Positions 48,246 through 61,627 of a stretch of 64,000 bases of DNA are shown in pieces. The notes beneath the pieces are model-generated. The model did not search any database. It was not told where the DNA came from and saw nothing but the letters and a program-made list of their open reading frames with translations. How positions within the stretch are numbered: position 1 is the first letter of the stretch; each line of letters begins with the position of its first letter. The stretch covers positions 14,997,485-15,061,484 of the forward strand of contig JAUZTB010000063.1 in assembly GCA_034780895.1 (NCBI GenBank), written 5' to 3'. Source of the stretch: Rhynchobatus australiae (taxonomy: Eukaryota). Both the position numbers and the translations under genes were made by a program.

Positions 48246-49394
48246 TACTACCATGCTAACTTTTATTAGTGGCTTTATTGGCTTTTTTGTATCATTTGTG
48301 AAAATCTCTAGATATTATTGCTGGTTATTTTTAATTTACAAGCCAGCTTCCAAGAGAAAGGAACTGATTGTTCAAATTAATTTTTAGTACTGTGTCCACA
48401 GCTGTAGTGACCAGCAAAATCACAGATGTGTTTTACTGGTCATTTGGGTGGTCAGTCAGTTTAACCAGTTATCTGAAGTGCCCAAATTGGACATTTCAAA
48501 CTTTTATCATCTAAATTATTCCATCCGTCCCTTTCATTTGTATTTAGGTATGGGGAAACTGCTGAAGAAAGGATAAATTACATTTCTGTAGTTTGACAGC
48601 CAGTGGAGTACTTTTGGAGTCTCTCCTAAATATTGAACAGCACACCATGTTTCTAGTGAAATAGTGCAACGGGATCAGTTACGTCCACCTAAGAATAGTT
48701 ACCACCTAAGAAGTTTGTTTGGCTATAAAATTAAAACAATCCAGATTTGTCAACAGGTATTTTAAGGTGATGCAAGCCTGATTACGTGTACATTTTTTCC
48801 ATACCTAACCCAACCATTGCCATAAGTACAATAATCTCAAACATTCACTTGTCCTATTGATCAAAAACAGATGACACCTGTGATAACACTGAGTATATCA
48901 CCATGGCTTGAGTAAGGCACTGAACTAGGCTTATGGGACTGTGGCATGGCCTGATCTGAACTCAGATAATTCATCAGAACATACAACCAACCCAAACCCA
49001 ACACGTAGTTGAGCTTAAGTCATGTGGCCAGGCACTACCTTAGAGGGCAGACAGAGCGTCAGCGCATATAAAAGCCAGCAACTTCAACAGTACAGGATTT
49101 GCTTGATGTGACAGTTAAGATTTTGTTTGCAAGTCTCTGGAGTGGGAATTGAATCAATGAACTTCTGATTTGGAGACAAGAATGTCACCTGTTGAGCTAT
49201 GGCTGTCAGTATGGAGAGAGAATCAAATGTAAATGAAAATGTTGTTAAAGTAGCACTTTTTGAAGAGACTTTCAGGGTTGAAGTCATGTAGCTTGAGGGA
49301 GAGGTTTACAAACAATAGCTGAGCATCAGTTTTGAAATCTGGTTTAATAATGCACGTGATTATGTATTGTTCTGTGAGTCAAACATGCAACATG

Positions 49395-49872
49395 AATTAG
49401 GAACAGGATTAGGCCTCCCAAGCCTGATCTGCCTTTTAATAACATCATGGCTGACTTGATTGAAGTCTGAAATCTGCCTTCCTGTCTATCCACTGTGATC
49501 TTTCACTCCCTTGTTCATGGTGAATCTATCTATTTGTATCTTAAAAATATTCAAAGACACTGCTTCCATCATCTTTTGAAGAAGAGAGTTCTAAATATTC
49601 ATGTCCATAGAACCATAGAACAATACAGGCTCTTCGGCCCACCGTGTTGTGCCGCCCATCAAACCACACCTCACACTATCTCACCCTTTCCTCCCACATA
49701 TCCCTCTATCCCACATTCCTCCATATGCCTATCCAACAACCTCTTGAATCTGTCCAACGTATCTGCCTCCACCACCACCCCAGGCAGCACATTCAATGCA
49801 CCAACCACTCTCTGGGTGAAAAACCTCCCTCTGACATCTCCCCTGAACTTCCCACCCATAACCTTAAAGCCA
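49395..49872 (-). mobile_element. Two stacked CR1 3' ends (older 49395-49600; younger 49607-49872 running into a gap)
   Basis: ORF 49671-49859 reads GGKFRGDVRGRFFTQRVVGALNVLPGVVVEADTLDRFKRLLDRHM; tail catagaaccatagaac. Confidence 0.88.
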
Positions 49873-50394
49873 NNNNNNNNNNNNNNNNNNNNNNNNNNNN
49901 NNNNNNNNNNNNNNNNNNNNNNNNNNNNNNNNNNNNNNNNNNNNNNNNNNNNNNNNNNNNNNNNNNNNNNNNNNNNNNNNNNNNNNNNNNNNNNNNNNNN
50001 NNNNNNNNNNNNNNNNNNNNNNNNNNNNNNNNNNNNNNNNNNNNNNNNNNNNNNNNNNNNNNNNNNNNNNNNNNNNNNNNNNNNNNNNNNNNNNNNNNNN
50101 NNNNNNNNNNNNNNNNNNNNNNNNNNNNNNNNNNNNNNNNNNNNNNNNNNNNNNNNNNNNNNNNNNNNNNNNNNNNNNNNNNNNNNNNNNNNNNNNNNNN
50201 NNNNNNNNNNNNNNNNNNNNNNNNNNNNNNNNNNNNNNNACTGGATAGAGAGGTTCTGGAGAATGCTTATCCAGTCTACTTTGGTTTTTCCATTATATTA
50301 GAGACAACATTGAGAGTATTAAAGGCAATGCATGAAATTGGAAGAAATATCAGTGAATTGCTGCTTCACATGGAAGGGCTCTTTAAGTGGCACC

Positions 50395-50552
50395 GCTCTC
50401 ACAGAACTTTCCCATATAATGGCAGCACCTGTATTTTTACCTCTTCTCTTCCCTCCATCGAGGGACTCTCCTTCCTGGTGAAACAGCAATTCACGTTTAC
50501 TCCTACTATAATATATTGCATTTGGTGCTCACAATGCAGTCTTCTCCACATT
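50395..50552 (+). mobile_element. Penelope-like element GIY-YIG endonuclease remnant
   Basis: Translates TFPYNGSTCIFTSSLPSIEG.SFLVKQQFTFTPTIIYCIWCSQCSLLHI, resembling the Penelope FxVKQxFTC..VYCIxCxxCGLLYIG motif. Confidence 0.75.
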
Positions 50553-51447
50553 GTAGTTCCCTGTTTTCCTGAAAAGCAATGTTACTTTTGCCATTTTCCA
50601 GTCTGCTGGGATCTTTCTAGAATCTGCGATATTTTTGAAAATGACAATCAGTGCAACCAGTATCTCTGCAGCTACTTCTTTTAGAAACCTAGGACATGAG
50701 CTATTAGGACCTGGGATTTGTTTGTTTTTGGTCTCCTTAGTTAGCCTAGTACTTTTTTTTGCTATTGATATTGGTTGTTGAAGTCCCTCATTCTCCTTTT
50801 CCCTTGTATCCACTGTGTTTGCTGTGTTCACTTTTTAATCATCATCTACAGAGGAGGCAAATTTAAAGTCTACTTAACATTTTTTTGCCTTATTACCCAT
50901 GGTTTCTTCTTCTGTATCAGATTCTAAGGGACAAATGTTTACTTTTGTTATTTTATTTCCCTTCAATGTTCTGGGAAGAAGTTTATGTTTTTTATAGATA
51001 TATTTAATTTACACAGACTTTGTTATCACCCTCTATAATATTTTTAGTGATTTTTTTTTGCTGGTTCCTAAAAAAAACCTCCCAATTCTCATGCTGAACA
51101 CAATTCTTTGCAATATTATCAGCTTTTCCTTTCAATCTAATAAACCTTGACTACTTTAGCCGTAGATATATCATTTTTCCTACAGAGTTCTTATTTCTCA
51201 GTAGGGTGTATCTTTATTCATAATTATGAAGTAACTTTTAACTGTATGCCATTTCTAATCTACCATCATACCACTTAACCAATTTCCCAATCTACTTTAA
51301 CCAACTCTTCCATGTAATTGCCTCTATTTATGCTTTTCATGTGGACTTTTGGTTTGAGAGTGACCAATTTATTAATTTTCTGATTACATTTTCCAAAAGG
51401 TTCTTTCACAATGAGATTACTAATTAATCAAGTCTCATTACACATGT
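50553..51447 (-). mobile_element. Decayed CR1 internal fragment
   Basis: ORF 50529-50831 reads ..PGPNSSCPRFLKEVAAEILVALIVIFKN..SRKIPADWKMAKVTLLFRK. Confidence 0.85.
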
Positions 51448-51519
51448 CTAGACCAGACTCAGGTTGGACTCACTTACAAACTCCCATTATTTCTCATTTG
51501 ATATTCTGTCCAACTGTAT

Positions 51520-53050
51520 AGCAACTGATGAGGCATCTCCCTCATCTGGGAAAAGGAGAACATGTCAGCAGACTAGAGAGACACCATAATTGGTACCATC
51601 TGAAGGAAGGAGATATATTTGTTTAGAGTAACTACAGGGGAGTATTTTTTCTATGTCTCAGGCAAAGTAATTATAAAGGTGCTCCTCAACCACCTGTCAG
51701 TGACCAAAGTGCTCCTGATCTTCACCACTCAGCATATCCAAGAAAAATGTGGAAAGCAGCACTAACCAAAAGACTTTGCAAAAGCCTTCAGCTCCATCAG
51801 CCAAGAAAGATTATGGGGAATTTTTAACAGCTTTGACTATCCTGTTATATTCATTACCATTCCACATCTGTCCTAACCAACAGTGCACTGCAGTCCCAAC
51901 GTTGGTGTGGACTGGGATTAAGCAAGGCTATGTCATTGCAACAACTTTGCTTTGTTCTTCTTTCCTACAGTGCTCCACCTCATCTTTATTGGATGATGTG
52001 GGTTGCTCTTCCTTGGGGTGCTGTCCACCATTTACCCCAACATCTGTAAAACAGATTAACTGAACATTTATCTCATTACTAGTTGTGGGACCTGACTCTC
52101 TGTGAAGCAGCTGCATCAATCGCTACATTACAACAGAGACTACACTTCAAAAGTACTTCATTGACTCAAAGCTGCTTTGGGATGTCCTGAAATTTAAGTT
52201 AATCTGCAAGATGAAGGGGAAATTATTCAACCTTTGCCATTACTCCAGAACCAAGATCATCTAAATCTTAATCATCAAATTGCAGTATGCAGACATATTT
52301 GGGAGATGGACTTGCATGCCATAGTTAATGCCTCAGTGAATGAGTCAGAAAAGAGGGGCCTTATACTGAATGCCTATGAGAGAAAGTTCTTATACCAACC
52401 TGATGCCACAGCACAACACCACTCCTCAACAATCCAAATCCATTGAAGGACCCTGGAAAATGTGGATCACTTTTCATATTTTAGGAGCAACCTCTTACTG
52501 AAGTCAGATGTCAATGCTGATTGGGGTAAGAGGTGTTTGAGGACCAAGACCACAAACCCAAAACTAAACTAGTGGTCCACAATGCAGTTGTGATCTCCAT
52601 CCTCCTTTAAGCTTCAGAATGATGCATATATGGCAGGAGGCACCTCAGACTTGGAGAAATACCACCAAAATCCTCCAAATCAATTAGCAAGAAAGGAGAA
52701 CCAATTTCAGTGTCTTCTTATGGGTTAACGTCCCCACTAGAGAGACCATGGTCCATTTTCAGTAGGTGGATCATATGGTTCATGTCTTTTACCAGACTGT
52801 CACATGAAGAGATTTCCAGGGAGAGGAGTAAAATACTTAAATTTCTTAAAGCCTCCTGGGAAATTGTAGCATCCTCATAGAAACTCCTTGGCTCTGAATG
52901 CTCAATATGTAGAAAGAGCATCTCAGAAAGCACACGGAGCACACACTGGAAGGAGTGCACAACATGCTTGCCCACCATTGCTTGGCCAGAACCTGTGGAC
53001 CCAGAGTCGTCTGCTATCCCGAAGGACTGTCTTGGAAGAATAAGAATAGC
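51520..53050 (+). mobile_element. Decayed RTE-clade LINE
   Basis: NYRG-like motif at ~51630; TGIKQGYVIATTL (cf. GVKQGCVIAPTLF); LENVDHFxYLGS at ~52453; 3' end atcccgaaggactgtcttggaagaataagaatag. Confidence 0.8.
52080..52195 (+). mobile_element. DeuSINE/L2-type 3' tail nested inside the RTE
   Basis: ctacattacaacagagactacacttcaaaagtacttcattgactcaaagctgctttgggatgtcctga matches my recollection of the AmnSINE1/SacSINE1 tail. Confidence 0.7.
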
Positions 53051-56000
53051 TATTGTTCTGGACCCACCTTTACTTTTGTCTCCTATTATTCTTTATCACT
53101 TCTTTAAAGTGATTCTGCTTCCTGAGTTTCTGAGTTGAGATCACAGTTATATAGCAAAGACGCAGGCAGTTCAGCCCATCATGTTAACATCAAGCATCCA
53201 TTTACACTAGTCCTATGTAGACAGTTCTCATCACTGACTGAACATTCATGCATTGTAAGTGTAACACACAATCTCCCCTACCATGTCCATCTCATCAATT
53301 TTAATACAGTTCAGTTAGTTTTTATTTACTTTATCTCATTTTTAATTAATTAATTTAACTTTCAAAGATAAAATTGCCTATACTGAAAAGTGAATAAAAA
53401 TAACCTTTTATAGGCTTTAAATAAAACAACTTTATTCAACACTGAGCATCACAGTCAAATTCTTTCTGCTTGAAGCTAACATGAATCATAATATTGGAGA
53501 GATTAAATGGAACATCCTTCCCCTTCCTGCACCAAATTCCCACAAATAATCTTATCCGATATTTGCACTTCCTTAAAGCTACAGTCTGATATATAGTAGG
53601 CAAAGTACCTTTCAAACACTTTGTAGCAATCAGGAAAAGAAGTATTTTTTAGTAGGATTTGGGAGCCAGGTTAGCATCCACAGTGGACCTTTTGTCGTGA
53701 AAGAGGAAAAATAATTCAAGTGATATCTACTTCAAATCTCTATCAAACTATGTGCATTTGTGGTCACCAAATTTCAACATGCTTTGGAAATGCTCTAGAC
53801 AGAAATAAATGATCATGGAACTAAGGAATCAACTTTCAAGGCTACCTTTTATGAAAATAAAACTCCACAGTTAAGAAGTGTCAAAGGTTAAAATTGGATG
53901 TCACTGCATATTGCATTAAACCATTAAATGATGTGGATATGATGAACCTATGATATTGTGATCAGTCAGAATTAAATGTTAAAAGTTAGTGAAAACTGGA
54001 TTTTCTAATCTGAAAGTCTTTGTTTTGTTTCTATGTTTCTGTTTCTTGCAGTTACAGTAGCATAATCAGATAAGGGGGAAGTTCAATGTGTAATTCAATA
54101 AGTAAGGTGAACTCTTGGAAGAAAGAGCCCTTATTACTTTGACTCTTTATTGTATCTTTTAAGAATTCTTTTTTAATCTTATGAGAAGATGGGAGCCATG
54201 AAGATGGATCCTGAATTTCACCCACCCAATGGTTTTAAATGTGTAATCTGTTTCCTACCCTTGCATATTGCAGTATTGTATTGTCAGTTAATGTCCCAAA
54301 CTACCTGAACCCTAACTGAGATGTTAATACTGTATTCTCCTTCCATCTGTCATAGATACACAACAAGCATCTCTTAATATTATTTGAATGTTAATGATTG
54401 AATTTGTGGTAGAGGCAAGGTTAATGAGGTTGTGTTTATGTGCTTTGTAATTAGGCTAATTTCAATGCACTGTACAATAGCTTTATGATTGAAAACCACC
54501 ACTAGTGTCAAAGCAAATTATTTCCTTTATCATAGAGCTATTGGAAACCAAACATAATGCAACCTGAAGATGGCCAAGACATGAAATTGTTCAAAGGTTT
54601 TTAAGAATTTTCTTCAGTGAAAGATAAGGCTGTAATGCTGTTTATAATATCTCAAAGCTTTCAGGCATTGACAATGGGTGTGAATGTCTTATGGTACCAC
54701 ATGTTTCCAATAATGTGGTGGCAAGTTACCTGAGTAATTATAATTGTGTAAATAACAGGGATTGTAATCTTAGAGTTAAAGCCAAGCCATTTAAAAGGAA
54801 AAGAAATTTATTTACTTAAACCTTTTAGAATATGGAATAAAATGACCCAGAATACTTGGGTATATAATCAATTGAAGTTATAATACAGTCGTAAAACTTG
54901 TGATTTGCTAGTATGAAAGGTGACTAGAAAATATCTCGAAGAGCTTCTGTTTAATTATGTTTCTGCTCAGTGGTCTTGTGTGTGTCCATTGCTGTTCGTT
55001 TAAGGTATTGGACGGAAACATGCCCTGCTAACCCATTGAGTTTGCCTTATTTATGCACTGATGTTTGAGGTGCTCAGTTGTCATCATTTGTCTTAGACTC
55101 ATTGTTGTTGTCATCATGTTTTTAAATAGTCTTTTGCTCCACATGGAAACGTCCTTCAACAAAAGACATTGTTTGATGGACAAAAAGGTGGTAACTGTGT
55201 TCTTGTTACCTTCTCTATCCCACAGTCTCCAACCAGACTATGGCCCCTCCACTTAGGAATGAACTCATTGGGCTGTACATTTCTCATAAATTTATGCAGC
55301 GTTAGTTGATGTATTTTGAATTTCTGGTATCTGATACTTGGATTCAGATAAATTAAACAATATTATTCCACTTGAAGCTGCCATCTTTGGCCTTAAATAG
55401 GCAATGTGAATGGTTTGATTTGACCAAATATTTTATCATATTGCAAACATAACTAGATGTTGTGTATGCATTAAGATGCATAGAGGCAAAGCTAGCAGCC
55501 ACTTCATATACATCCTACAAATGAGATGTTTTGGCAATTTTTCCCCAAGGACAAGTCTTCAGCAGTGTAACATTCCTTCAGTAAAGTACTGAAGTGTTAG
55601 ATGAGATTGGATGTTCAAATTGGAGGCCAATTTATTACCAATGGGGAATGGTCAACCATTGATCTTGAATAATTAAATGGCTCCCAACTTGATTGAATCT
55701 GATGGATCTGACAATTGGTGTTGGGTTTGGTATAGGCGTACAAATAATTCTTACTTTTCAGGCTCTGATGTGTTGGGTCAACTCTTTAAAAATAAGTGTA
55801 CTGATTTCTAGGACTCCGTTAACACAGAAGCATGCAAAGACATGCTTAATTATAATATACTGCTAAACACATTCATCTTTAACAGCTGAGGCTGCAGGGC
55901 TAGCAACTGCTGCTGTACACCCACTTTTTTGACTCCCATGCATTTTATAAAGCTACCCTCTTGCCGTGGAGCTTTGACTGGCTGACTGTGGCCGAACATT

Positions 56001-56823
56001 CTTCTTTTGCTGCTATAATGATACCCTAGAAATTGGTCAGGCCTGTTCTCATGGCAACGACGCAGTCAATAGATTTGAGGCCTGAATGAGGGGTCTGAAA
56101 CAGCATTGTCCAGTTGTTGGCATCTGGAACCTGGAAGACAACACAATGGTCTCAAGATTGTGTGGAGAATAATACTAATGTTTACTCTTTGTGACACATA
56201 CTGACAAATGCAACCCCAGCACTTTTTATTTTTCCAATGCGAGATAGTGTTTTATTGTATAGGTGCCACTGTTATATTTTTTTTTAAATCTCACTTTTGC
56301 TGCATCAGTCCAAGTCCATTTGACATCATTCTCCACACTAGAAAGGGATGCTCATTGTATTTGTTTTAATAACCACAATAGTGAAAATATTCTTCTGCAG
56401 GTTCTGTACTGTAGAAGCAGAATTTGGTCTCACCTTATCTGAGATATTCATGTTTGGTCAGATTAGGTATTTAAAAAAAATTGATCATCTGCCTCATCAG
56501 GTTTGGATTGATTGTATTCAGGTTGGGTTTTAATTTTATGACAGAAAACTTCTGTTTGGAACTGTCTTGGCAAATCCTTCAGTCATATGTATGAAATTGC
56601 TAACACATACCCTCTNNNNNNNNNNNNNNNNNNNNNNNNNNNNNNNNNNNNNNNNNNNNNNNNNNNNNNNNNNNNNNNNNNNNNNNNNNNNNNNNNNNNN
56701 NNNNNNNNNNNNNNNTGATATGTAAAAAAAAGTCTTTGATATCAATTGAATGAGGAATGTTTTCGGGATGCTGAGAAAATCCATGCCTTTCTTTGGCATA
56801 ATCAGTAGATAAGAGTAAGATTG

Positions 56824-56896
56824 CTTCTAAAGCATCCAAAACCCAACTAGATATTATTGCCCAAACCCTTCTGAAGCATCCAAAACCCAACTAGAT
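56824..56896. repeat. 29-bp direct repeat, 2 copies, 44-bp offset
   Basis: CTTCT(A/G)AAGCATCCAAAACCCAACTAGAT at 56824 and 56868. Confidence 0.9.
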
Positions 56897-58058
56897 TACA
56901 GCCCCAATCTTTGTGCACAATTGAGATTTGAACCTACACCAAAAAATTGCAAATAGAAGCATTCGTTAAAATAATTAACTTTTAATTCCCCTGGTTCTTG
57001 AAATGCAAACACAAAGCTTTGACCACCCTCAAAAACTAGTGTGTCATCTCATCAGAGATTTAAAGCGACTGATACAGATCAGCAAAGGTTTCGAGAAAGC
57101 AGAGCAAGAGTATGGGTGGAGGATGGTGTTCATATTTGTTTTTTCAATATTTGACTTCCTACTAACTATTATCCTTAAATTCTTTAATACTGGAGTTGAA
57201 AAATAATTCTGCTCTTAGTGCCATTTCTTTGCTTTTAATGAAAATCCATTATTTAAACAACATAAATGGTTTGATTTATGTTAGCCAGGTACATTTTAGG
57301 ATGCTTATTATGACTTTGTTTCATTGATAGTATTTCAAGTTCAGCAAATCAAAGTTATTTTTAACCTGTTAAGTTTAATAAAGAGTAGTTCTATTTAATC
57401 ATTCCTCTATTAGTAACTCGAATATCTATTCTTCTGCATTAAAGCCATCACTGGTTTGGTCTTTCAGCCTGAGACGTTTTGCTTGTGTACATGGTAAGAA
57501 AAGCAATTGCCATCAGAAATCAGTCAGCTGTGAGCACAAATATGCACTTTATTTATTTTCCCCCCAATGGGAGAGTCTTCAATGGAAACTCAGCAAATGT
57601 TGGGAAGCATTTCATGTGCAGACATGCAGGTGCTTTATTTAGAGGGAGAAATGCCTAGCGCCTACTGCATTAACTCAGCAAGAATGTCTGGATTGCATTC
57701 TATAATTATTAGCATCTCTGTATTCCCAGAGAGAGTACATGATAAATAGAAATCCCTGGGGGCTACTGTTGTCACTCTTTTGGTGCATTTTTAGTGTTCA
57801 GTGAAATAGAGCATCTCCTGAGGACTCATTCCTATTTAAATATTTCTTCAATGTGAACTTCTGGGACTAATCTTACATGACCTCTTGTGTCTCTGTAGAG
57901 CTAGAAAGTAATACATCATAGCCCCCTTTTTAACCCAATGTTTTTATCATGAAATGTAGAATTGACTAACTGCCATGTGTGATATTCGCTCATCAGACTA
58001 CTCAGATTTACCAGATAGTTTTCTTGTGATAAAAGAAAATCAAAAATTGCAGAGAACA

Positions 58059-58220
58059 GAAACACCCAGCAGGTCAAGCAGAATCTGTGGAAAGCAAAAC
58101 AGAGTTAATGTTTCAGGTCCAAGTCCCTTTGTCAGTTCCAAAATGTTTTCCATCTGAAATGTCAACTCTTTTTCTCTTTCCAATGATGCTGATGGATCTA
58201 CTGAGTGTTTCCAGCATTTT
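58059..58220. mobile_element. Palindromic Penelope-associated short element
   Basis: The left arm gaaacacccagcaggtcaagcagaatctgtggaaagcaaaacagagttaatgtttcag pairs with the right arm ctgaaatgtcaactctttttctctttccaatgatgctgatggatctactgagtgtttc. Confidence 0.75.
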
Positions 58221-58329
58221 CTTTTTTTCTCTCTCTGATGTCAATATTGTTTTATTGGTCTCAATGTTAGTAAAACTAATTGGTCAAAACAACAGATTTG
58301 ATTTCAGGAAAAAAACAGCTTTAAAGAAG

Positions 58330-59170
58330 GAAATCCATCTGAAGTGCTTCAAAGTAATGTAATTGGACAAAAATTGACCATGAACCACACAAGATACTGC
58401 GGTGGATGCCAAATCATTGGCTCAAAGAGAGGTTTTAAGAGTGCCTTGAAGGAGGAAACAGAGGCAGAGAGGTTTAGCAAGGGAATTTAAGAGATTATAG
58501 CTTGGCAGCTGAATGAACAACTGCCTGTGAAGGGCCAGTCATAGGTCTGGAGTTGGAGGAATATAGATATCTTGGGTTGTAAGGCAGGGGATAAGTGATG
58601 AAACCATGGAGGATCTGCAAACAGGAATGTGATTGTTTAAATTGAGACGTTGCTTAAATGGAGGAATTGCAAGCCAGCTAACAAAGGATGAACAGATCAT
58701 GGTGCAGCTGAAGATGAGAGCAGTAAAGTTTTGGATGACCTCAAATTTACACTGAGTAAACTGAGGGATACTGGCCAAAAGTGCAGTTGAATAATCAAAA
58801 AGCAAAGGCATGGATGATTGATACAGCAGCAATTGAGCTAAAGCAGTGCAGAGTTGGGAGATGCTGTGGAAGTGGCAAGGTATGTGGTCTGAATCAACTT
58901 GGTCAGACTTAACATCAACCAATCTGTCTAAGTTTCAGACAGCTTCAAGGAAGTGAAAGGGAATTTGTAGCCAGGACACGGTCAAAGAAATTGTCAGAAA
59001 TAAAATTTTGGATGGAGGAAATTCCTGTTCTTTCTATACAGTCTGGAAATTTGGAGACCTATTTGAGATATGACATTGAGTTAAAACTGGGAGGTCATCA
59101 GCATACATCAAACACTGGGACACATTTTTAGGTCTTATTTTCAAGGAACAGTGTATGTGAGAAGTAGGAC
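58330..59170 (-). mobile_element. Decayed L2 LINE
   Basis: ORF 58539-58922 contains FDYSTALLASIP..KFEVIQNFTA (cf. LDYxNxLLxG..LQxIQNxAA). The minus strand reads ATGTATGCTGATGAC (MYADD) at ~59094-59108. Confidence 0.8.
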
Positions 59171-59224
59171 TGGGCCAGTTTTGTTAAGGACATTAAAGGT
59201 TTCACTGGAGTCCCTCACATTCTT

Positions 59225-59750
59225 GTCACTCAATGGAATGTAAGGCCAATTGTCCCAATCCACCTCCATGCATTACGTATGCCGTCCCAGGAATCAGTCT
59301 GATAAATCTTTGCTGCACTCTCTTCACAATAAGAACATCCGTCCTCAGGTAAGGGGACCAAAGTTGCACGTAATATTCAACTTGTGGTCTCACCAACAGC
59401 CTGTGCAATTGCAATAAGACTCCCTACTTCTGTTCTGAATTCCCCTCGCCATGAAGGTCAACGTACCATTTGCCTTTGTAACTGTCTGCTGTACCTGCAT
59501 TCTTATTTTTATAGCAGGCCACCCAGGTCTTGCTGTACCGACTCATTTGACATGCAGTTAATAACCTACTTTGCTGAATTTTTGGAACCGAAATAGATAA
59601 CTCACATCTATCCACATTATACTGTATCAGCCAGGCATTTACCCACTCACCTAACCTGTCCAAATCACTCCAGAGCCTCTCTTTATCTTTTTTGCAGCTT
59701 CCACTCCCAACTAGCTTTGTGTTATGCACAGATTTGGTGATATTACATTA
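59225..59750 (-). mobile_element. Decayed CR1 fragment
   Basis: LVRPQVEYYVQLWSPYLRTDVLIVKRVQQRFIRLIPG; TKLVG..ERLWSDLDRLGEWVNAWLIQYNVDRCE. Confidence 0.9.
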
Positions 59751-61627
59751 AAACATTTGAAATGTGCAAATAGTGTTTGCATTACTTTAGTCATCATTGG
59801 TTGAATAGCCTTTGCTTCCATTCTTCGAATTAACTCTCTTTACCTAGGTATCAATAACAGCAGCTGCAGTTGAATTGTCCTAAGCAGAAAAATGCTTCAT
59901 GGTTGTAAATGAGAAAACTAAAGAATAAAAATACCTGGATCTAATGCAATTCCGTTGCAAGCATTAAATAGTGTATAAATAGCACAGGCCATTGAATGCT
60001 ACAATAACTGAAGATGTCACATCTTTAAATATGCCAGGATGTCGTGATGTGCAAGGCCTGCATTAATTACACCATCTGCTAGAGATGAGTATAATATTGG
60101 GGTTGAAGTGTAACAACTGGATATCCTAAACACTTGCAATACCATAAGACCCAGTCGACCTAGTGTCCTCAGAGTGATAAATCTGTATTGTGTGTTATCA
60201 GTATTGATTTTGTGTTTTTAATTCACACGTTCTGGCATCAAAAACTAATATTTGAAGCCTTATTAATATATAATTTAATATGTATTGATCTTTAACTTTA
60301 TAAGTTGCACTATAAAGAAAGATGGAGGTTANNNNNNNNNNNNNNNNNNNNNNNNNNNNNNNNNNNNNNNNNNNNNNNNNNNNNNNNNNNNNNNNNNNNN
60401 NNNNNNNNNNNNNNNNNNNNNNNNNNNNNNNGCATCTCTCCATGACTCTATATCANNNNNNNNNNNNNNNNNNNNNNNNNNNNNNNNNNNNNNNNNNNNN
60501 NNNNNNNNNNNNNNNNNNNNNNNNNNNNNNNNNNNNNNNNNNNNNNNNNNNNNNNNNNNNNNNNNNNNNNNNNNNNNNNNNNNNNNNNNNNNNNNNNNNN
60601 NNNNNNNNNNNNNNNNNNNNNNNNNNNNNNNNNNNNNNNNNNNNNNNNNNNNNNNNNNNNNNNNNNNNNNNNNNNNNNNNNNNTATATTTTCTTTTTAAG
60701 CATGGATTGGTGTTGATCTCCCACTTTACAAGTTTGCTTTGCTGCTTTTGTTTCAGTGGAAAGAGAAGGTAGTTAAGTCATTTTACAAGTTATTAATTCT
60801 GGAGCTACATATTTTATAAAATTATGTCTGCACTCTTGACGTAAAGAGCTTACTTTCCAAATCATAGTAACTTTTGGATGCTTGTACTTCATTCTGTTGA
60901 CAAAATGTTTTTAGTGAGAAGGTTTAATTGCTTGTCTGCATAGCAATTAAGTTTGTGTAAAGTGAAGTATTTGAAGGACCTGCCTTTGATCTAAGGAGAC
61001 ACGCTCACATGATAAAGGATTTATTGAGTGTACCGGATGAACACATTGGTGTCAGGAAGAACAACATCACAGAAATGCTTGAACGTTAGGATTAATCAGT
61101 TGTTTAGGGAACAAAAAGAAGCAATACTTTGAGGCTGTTTGATTTGTGGGATTGTTTTCTTCTGTAAATGGAAGGGCCAGAAACAATCGCTGTCTGTGGA
61201 TATCGTGTGAATTTTCAAAATGCAGGTATCTTTTACCCCAGTGGCTAGATTTTTACAGCAAATGCCACCATGTGGATCAAACTGTGCCAGGTTTCCATTT
61301 TTTANNNNNNNNNNNNNNNNNNTCCAGTGAAATGGACACAGTAAATGGTCTAGGAAAATCATCTAGCTTTCTTTCCCAAGTAGCATTTTTTCTGATCAGT
61401 GCTGTCCAGTGACCATAATACGGTAATATTATCCATACCCAGTGAGATGTGCTGGTTGTTCATAACAGCAGGAGACAACTTCAATGAATCTGATGTTAAA
61501 AAGGCTCCTGGATATCTTGACTGTGTTCAAGAAGAATATTCACTTCAAGGAGAATGTGGTGGAACACTTAGTGAGAATTAAGACTGAGCAGAAAATGTTG
61601 AAACGAAATCTGGAAGAAAGGGACATG

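Noticed and set aside
49495-50684. Long ORFs (268 and 346 aa) and other X-filled ORFs in the track
   Set aside because: Their length is inflated by N-runs; the real parts are antisense CR1 and Penelope remnants.
54020-54110. Strong plus-strand acceptors at ~54051, ~22203 and ~62663 as SND1 exons
   Set aside because: The downstream sequence hits stops early or shows no resemblance to SND1; such tracts are common in T-rich introns.
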